From an uncultured Coprobacillus sp. (GTDB taxonomy: Bacteria > Bacillota_I > Bacilli_A > RFN20 > CAG-826), in assembly GCA_964583155.1 (NCBI GenBank), contig CAZOUY010000007.1:3260-67259 (forward strand): a stretch of DNA of 64,000 bases, written 5' to 3'. Of the stretch, positions 59,681 to 64,000 are shown one piece after another. Under the pieces are notes generated by a model. That model was given only the letters and a program-made list of their open reading frames with translations. It did no database searches and was not told the DNA's origin. The position numbers and the translations under genes are program-made. Within the stretch, counting starts at the first letter, position 1. Each line of letters begins with the position of its first letter.

Positions 59681-60568
59681 TTATTCACCTATAACTTCCA
59701 CTTTTTTTCCTATGCAATAAACGGCAATTGTTCCCGGACCTGCTGAAGCTCCGATAATAGGTCCTAAGTTATTGATATAAAATCCTGCCGGATGAACAGC
59801 TTCCTCAAGCATGCTTTTTAATAATAAAGCATCACTTTCACAGTCAGCATGAGCGATATAAAGAATTTGATGCTCTAAATCCACGCCATCATTCTTCGTC
59901 ATTTCCACAAGCTCATTCAAAGAAGCTTTGCGACCTTTTGTCTTTTTAATAGCGTAATTTTGGCCAATGGCATCGGAAATGAGAATAGGCTTCACTCCAA
60001 AAAGATTGCCGAAAAACGCTTTGGTGGCCTTAATACGCCCCGCTCTACTTAAATAAGAAAGGCTATCAACTGCGCAAAATTGATTAAAGGATAGCTTATT
60101 TTCCTCTAAGTACGCTACAACCTCGTCCAAGGTTTTTCCCTCTTGGCGCATCGAAGCGGCCTTAACGCACATCGAGCCTTGTCCTAAACAGGAATTGAGA
60201 GAATCAACACATTCAATACGAGCGTCTGGATAATTAACTAAAATCTCATCCTTAATTTGACGCGCCATATTGATTGATCCCGATAAAGCCGAAGAGCAAG
60301 AAATATACAAAACATCCTTTCCTTGATCCAAATATTTTGTAAAAATACGGACAAATTCATCATGAGGAACTTGCGTCGTATAAACTCTTTGACCATTGCG
60401 CATCCAATCATATAACTCTTTAGGGGTGTAATTGTCCCAATCTAAAGAGGCGACCATCTCTTTATTGTTAACGATGATATTCATGCGTGCATAATCAATT
60501 TGATATTGCTCACGAATATCTTTACCTAAATCACAGGTTGAATCAGCTATAACTATAAAATCCTTCAT
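59681..60568 (-). CDS. DegV family fatty-acid-binding protein (FakB-like)
   Basis: DegV fold signature (IADSTCDL...MVASLDW...YTTQVP). 295 aa. Confidence 0.85.
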   Translation of the reverse strand: MKDFIVIADSTCDLGKDIREQYQIDYARMNIIVNNKEMVASLDWDNYTPKELYDWMRNGQRVYTTQVPHDEFVRIFTKYLDQGKDVLYISCSSALSGSINMARQIKDEILVNYPDARIECVDSLNSCLGQGSMCVKAASMRQEGKTLDEVVAYLEENKLSFNQFCAVDSLSYLSRAGRIKATKAFFGNLFGVKPILISDAIGQNYAIKKTKGRKASLNELVEMTKNDGVDLEHQILYIAHADCESDALLLKSMLEEAVHPAGFYINNLGPIIGASAGPGTIAVYCIGKKVEVIGE

Positions 60569-60809
60569 AAATATACCTCCTACATGATAGATATGAATTT
60601 TTGTAGTATCTCTAATATTTCCAATTCGATTTAACTACCAAAAACACATTAACACAATGTTATTTTTTTAAAAAGTATTTTCGCTATTTACCTAGTAGAA
60701 GATTTAAAAAACGATGTAAACCAAGAGTAGATGGGTAGATTATAAGTAGTTTATATTTCTTTAAATTCAAAAATATGATATTATTGTATCAGTTAATTGA
60801 GGTAGTGCC

Positions 60810-61418
60810 ATGGAAAAGAATGAAACAATCGATATCAAAAGAGTCGTCGGACAAAATATCAAATCATTGCGTAAGAAGCACAATATGAGTCAGCAAACGC
60901 TCGCTAATCTCGTCGGATACACCGACAAAGCGGTTTCGAAATGGGAAATAGGAAAGTCATTGCCGGAGATCGATGTCTTAATAAAAATATCCGAATTGTT
61001 TCATGTAACTGTCGATTATTTGCTGCATGCGGATAGTGAAGAAAACATCGACAAATATCTCGCGCCTAAAACAAAAGACCATAATCATCTTTTATCGACA
61101 TTGCTCATGGTTTTGGTTGTTTGGGTTATCGCTACGATTATTTTTGTTTATATCTTGCAAAGAAACCCCGATCAAGATCCCCACTTTTTATGCTTTTGTT
61201 GGGCTGTTCCTTGCTCTATGGGCGTGATACTTGTTTCCTATCGCAATAAAGGTCGAAGAATAATTTCGATTTTCTTATCGATTTTACTATGGACCTTTTT
61301 GGTCTGTTTATATCTTGAGTTTTTACTCCATAATATGAATTTTTATTTGATCTTTTTGGTTGGCATTCCGACGCAAATAGCTATTTTCGTGTGGTCGAAA
61401 ATCATTAAAATAAAATAG
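60810..61418 (+). CDS. XRE family HTH regulator with C-terminal membrane domain
   Basis: N-terminal Cro/C1-type HTH (QNIKSLRKKHNMSQQTLANLVGYTDKAVSKWEIGKSLPEIDVLIKISELF) followed by 3-4 TM segments. Confidence 0.75.
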   Translation: MEKNETIDIKRVVGQNIKSLRKKHNMSQQTLANLVGYTDKAVSKWEIGKSLPEIDVLIKISELFHVTVDYLLHADSEENIDKYLAPKTKDHNHLLSTLLMVLVVWVIATIIFVYILQRNPDQDPHFLCFCWAVPCSMGVILVSYRNKGRRIISIFLSILLWTFLVCLYLEFLLHNMNFYLIFLVGIPTQIAIFVWSKIIKIK

Positions 61419-61429
61419 GCCTTGAAATA

Positions 61430-62293
61430 TTATTTACCAACCCAAAAATAAAGAGCTTTCTTGAAATATATCCGCCAATACTTCTCTTCATGATGTCCCT
61501 TTTCATCGTATAAATAACGGACTTTTTCATGGCTATGCCACTTATTTTGAAGAAAAACATAAGTGTATCGTGTGAGCGGTAATAATCTTTTTTCAAGATC
61601 ATCACCGTTACCTATATAGAAAATAAACTTTCCACATCGATCCATTTTTTCAAGCTTTTCTTGAAGTGTATTTTGAAATTCTTTCTCTTTATATAACGAA
61701 AAAGCCGGTGAAAAGCATAATGAAAATCCAAATATATCCCGATATTTCATCCCCATATAAAAAGCAAAAAGTCCACCCATCGAAGATCCACCTATCCCAG
61801 TATAACGACTGCTCTGACGAGTGTAGAAGGTACTATCAATCAGGGGTTTGATTTTTTGGACGATTTCGTTACCTAAAATTGAAGCATATCCTTCTCCAAA
61901 AAGATGATAAGCCTCATTATAATCGGATGATTCAATCAGCATTTCGTTAGTGCGATCCAGATCATCATTAGCCGCATCAATGCCAACGACAATAATCCCC
62001 TCTTTTTCCTCCTCTAAGAACGATTCAACTATTTCATCAGCTTCCCATTCATCGATAAAAGCGGTTTGCTTATCAAAAAGATTTTTGCCATCCATCATGT
62101 ACAAAACCCGGAATCTTTTATGGGGATTTTGGTAGTCATAGCATGATGGCAAATAGACTCTTATAAACCGCTCGGGATAGTTATTGGGAATATCCAAATA
62201 AACCTTCTTTATATAGAGGGCTCCTTTAGGTGAAATGGTATTTGGTAAAGAATCATATAGGCAGAAACCGCCAATTTCTTGAGGCTTAATCAT
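61430..62293 (-). CDS. putative esterase family alpha/beta hydrolase
   Basis: GGSSMGG nucleophile motif. 287 aa. Confidence 0.7.
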   Translation of the reverse strand: MIKPQEIGGFCLYDSLPNTISPKGALYIKKVYLDIPNNYPERFIRVYLPSCYDYQNPHKRFRVLYMMDGKNLFDKQTAFIDEWEADEIVESFLEEEKEGIIVVGIDAANDDLDRTNEMLIESSDYNEAYHLFGEGYASILGNEIVQKIKPLIDSTFYTRQSSRYTGIGGSSMGGLFAFYMGMKYRDIFGFSLCFSPAFSLYKEKEFQNTLQEKLEKMDRCGKFIFYIGNGDDLEKRLLPLTRYTYVFLQNKWHSHEKVRYLYDEKGHHEEKYWRIYFKKALYFWVGK

Positions 62294-62313
62294 TGTTGCT
62301 TTTCTCCATACTC

Positions 62314-63525
62314 TTATTTTTTATTAGCCAATCTTTTTTCTTCATTGATCCGATAATTCACCGCGTATCGCAAATAGGCAAGAAACTCCTGATTGAGGCA
62401 CATCGTTTTACCTTCGACATCGGAAAGCTTAGCAACCGGACGTCCATTGACCATCTGCAATTTAATGACAATGTTTAAAGGAGCGACATCCGTATCATTT
62501 GAGCAAAAGGTCCCAATACCAAAGGATACTTGAACGCGATCTTTAAAATAATCATATAAAGCCTGAGCTTTATCAAAATCTAAGCTATCACTAAATAGGA
62601 GCGTCTTGGTTTTCGGATCAATGCCGAATTTCTGATAATGAGCAATCATTTTTTCGCCCCAGGCAAATGGATCTCCTGAATCATGACGCACTCCTTTATA
62701 TGAGCTCGCATGTAGCAAATCGAAATCCAATAAAAACAAATCCGTTGTCAAAGTATCCGTTAACGCTATTCCATTATCACCCTTATACTCTTCGAGCCAG
62801 TCATTTAAAGCGTAATGATTGGTATATGCTAAAGGGATGGCGGGAAAGCCCTGATACATTTGAACGAATTCATGAGCAAAGGTTCCAATTGGCGTCAAAT
62901 TATATTTCATAGCTAAATAAACATTAGATGTGCCAACGCAATTCTTTGTTCTTGTGGCAAACTGTTCAACCATATATTCTTGCCACTCGCGCGATAACCG
63001 CCGACGACATCCAAACTCTGCAAATCGAAAAGTATAGATGCCTTTTTCCATTTTCGTGATCTTTTCTTCTAAGCGCCTTTTCGCAGCGGTGATTAGACTT
63101 TTATAATCATATTTCATGCGGAAATATACTTCGTTGATTATTTCCAGCAAATAAATCTCAAATTGCATCGCCGAAAAGCATGGTCCTTTTATTACACATT
63201 CTAATTCGCCTTCTGCGTTTTTATAACAATTTACATAATCACGAATCGGATGCCACAATCGCAAGAATTCAACATAGTCATTTTTGATAAAGCGTATGGC
63301 GCGTAGATAATCTAATTCTTCTTTCGTAAAGCGTAATGAGCAAAGATGATCGATCTGCTCATTGATTTCTTTGACCATTTCATCGCTGAAAACGACATGA
63401 TCGTTGCGACACTTAAAATAATACTCGCCATTAGCGTCCGTGTGTTTATGAAAAATCACTTGATTCATATTGAATTTATAAAAATCGGTATCTAACAGAC
63501 TGATAATAATTGGTTCTAATTTCAT
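62314..63525 (-). CDS. pncB: nicotinate phosphoribosyltransferase
   Basis: SLLDTDFYKFNM, FGCRRRLSREWQE, GTSNVYLA, GVRHDSGDPFAWGEK, PLNIVIKL...GRPVAKLSD. Collinear with E. coli-type PncB. 403 aa. Confidence 0.85.
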   Translation of the reverse strand: MKLEPIIISLLDTDFYKFNMNQVIFHKHTDANGEYYFKCRNDHVVFSDEMVKEINEQIDHLCSLRFTKEELDYLRAIRFIKNDYVEFLRLWHPIRDYVNCYKNAEGELECVIKGPCFSAMQFEIYLLEIINEVYFRMKYDYKSLITAAKRRLEEKITKMEKGIYTFRFAEFGCRRRLSREWQEYMVEQFATRTKNCVGTSNVYLAMKYNLTPIGTFAHEFVQMYQGFPAIPLAYTNHYALNDWLEEYKGDNGIALTDTLTTDLFLLDFDLLHASSYKGVRHDSGDPFAWGEKMIAHYQKFGIDPKTKTLLFSDSLDFDKAQALYDYFKDRVQVSFGIGTFCSNDTDVAPLNIVIKLQMVNGRPVAKLSDVEGKTMCLNQEFLAYLRYAVNYRINEEKRLANKK

Positions 63526-63599
63526 AAATATTACACCTCGTAACTATTATAATACGATAAAAGTGACTTTTCATTTTTTTCTTAATTAATTTGCTTCAC

Positions 63600-64000
63600 T
63601 TATTTTGCTAATTTTTCGCGTTTGTATTCTTGATAAAGCGCACTTCTGGTAATCGTATTCAATACATTAGCCGCGCATCTTTGAAGATCCTTTAAGCTGA
63701 TGATTCCCTGCGCCAAACCATTCTTAATAGCTTCAATAGCCTCTTTATTACCCGGCATAATTAAATCATTCCCTGAAGGTAAGCAATAGGTATGATCGCC
63801 GCGATCAAAATCAGTGGAGGCCCAGTCGGTCATAACCAATCCTTTAAAATGCCATTCATTTCGTAAAACTTTAGTCAATAAATCATGACTATTAGGAGTA
63901 TAAACACCATTCACTTTATTATAAGAGCTCATAATTGCCCCCGGACTCGATAGTTCCAAAGCAATTTGGAAATTACGGAGATAAATTTCCCTTAAGGCAC
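63600..64000 (-). CDS. glycoside hydrolase family 3 protein, partial (N-terminus beyond the window end)
   Basis: ...KGLVMTDWASTDF... matches the GH3 catalytic-domain block (GF.G.V.SDW). The frame remains open from 63959 to 64000, and the listed start is a TTG inside the gene. Confidence 0.65.
   Translation of the reverse strand, partial: ALREIYLRNFQIALELSSPGAIMSSYNKVNGVYTPNSHDLLTKVLRNEWHFKGLVMTDWASTDFDRGDHTYCLPSGNDLIMPGNKEAIEAIKNGLAQGIISLKDLQRCAANVLNTITRSALYQEYKREKLAK

Noticed and set aside
1-64000. CRISPR arrays, insertion sequences, integrases, or a prophage next to the tRNA genes.
   Set aside because: No regularly spaced direct repeats of 25-40 bp were seen, and no ORF shows transposase (DDE) or tyrosine/serine recombinase motifs. 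The ArpU-like regulator alone is not enough to call a mobile element.

Overview
This window is a gene-dense chromosomal segment from an AT-rich, low-GC Firmicute. Most genes are on the minus strand. CotJA/B-CotJC and Coat-F genes indicate a spore former, so a Clostridia- or Erysipelotrichia-like organism is plausible. There is no CRISPR array, rRNA, integrase or transposase.

Supported content:
- Two ABC-2 exporter pairs next to a TetR regulator.
- Eight dispersed single or paired tRNA genes for minor isoacceptors: Glu, Asn, Val, Thr, Leu, Arg-CCG, Arg-CCU and Gln. Each has a rho-independent terminator or a sigma-70-like promoter.
- An orphan ACP gene.
- A tightly coupled six-gene operon of uncharacterised secreted and membrane proteins led by a small ArpU/sigma-region-4-like regulator.
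- A conserved GGGtGRT / IscU-like gene pair, then a guanylate-kinase-like gene, HflX, an ABC-F ATPase and SDR oxidoreductases.
- A MATE-like transporter with an AraC regulator, and two CNNM/TlyC paralogs.
- A sporulation coat cluster with a CotJA-CotJB fusion, then PepF and a DUF368 (PopT-like) protein.
- The locus dtxR-family repressor / feoA-feoA-feoB / FeoB-associated Cys-rich peptide, whose promoter carries two GTTAG-N6-CTAAC palindromes. The peptide gene is missing from the ORF track.
- A GH53 galactanase lipoprotein.
- A 667-aa surface-anchored protein made of three CBM25/26-like starch-binding modules interleaved with two Flg_new repeats and no catalytic domain.
- An AMP-dependent ligase with a membrane acyltransferase, enolase, a ZIP transporter, and a SERCA-type Ca-ATPase with a structured leader.
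- DUF1700-DUF4097, Ogt, an MBL hydrolase, an Fe-ADH, CsoR-CopA with a CsoR operator, FakA/FakB, PncB, and a partial GH3 gene at the 3' edge.

The main leads for undescribed biology are the ArpU-led unknown operon with its orphan ACP, the GGGtGRT/IscU-like pair, the catalytic-domain-less multi-CBM starch-binding surface protein, and the palindrome-rich feoAB promoter.
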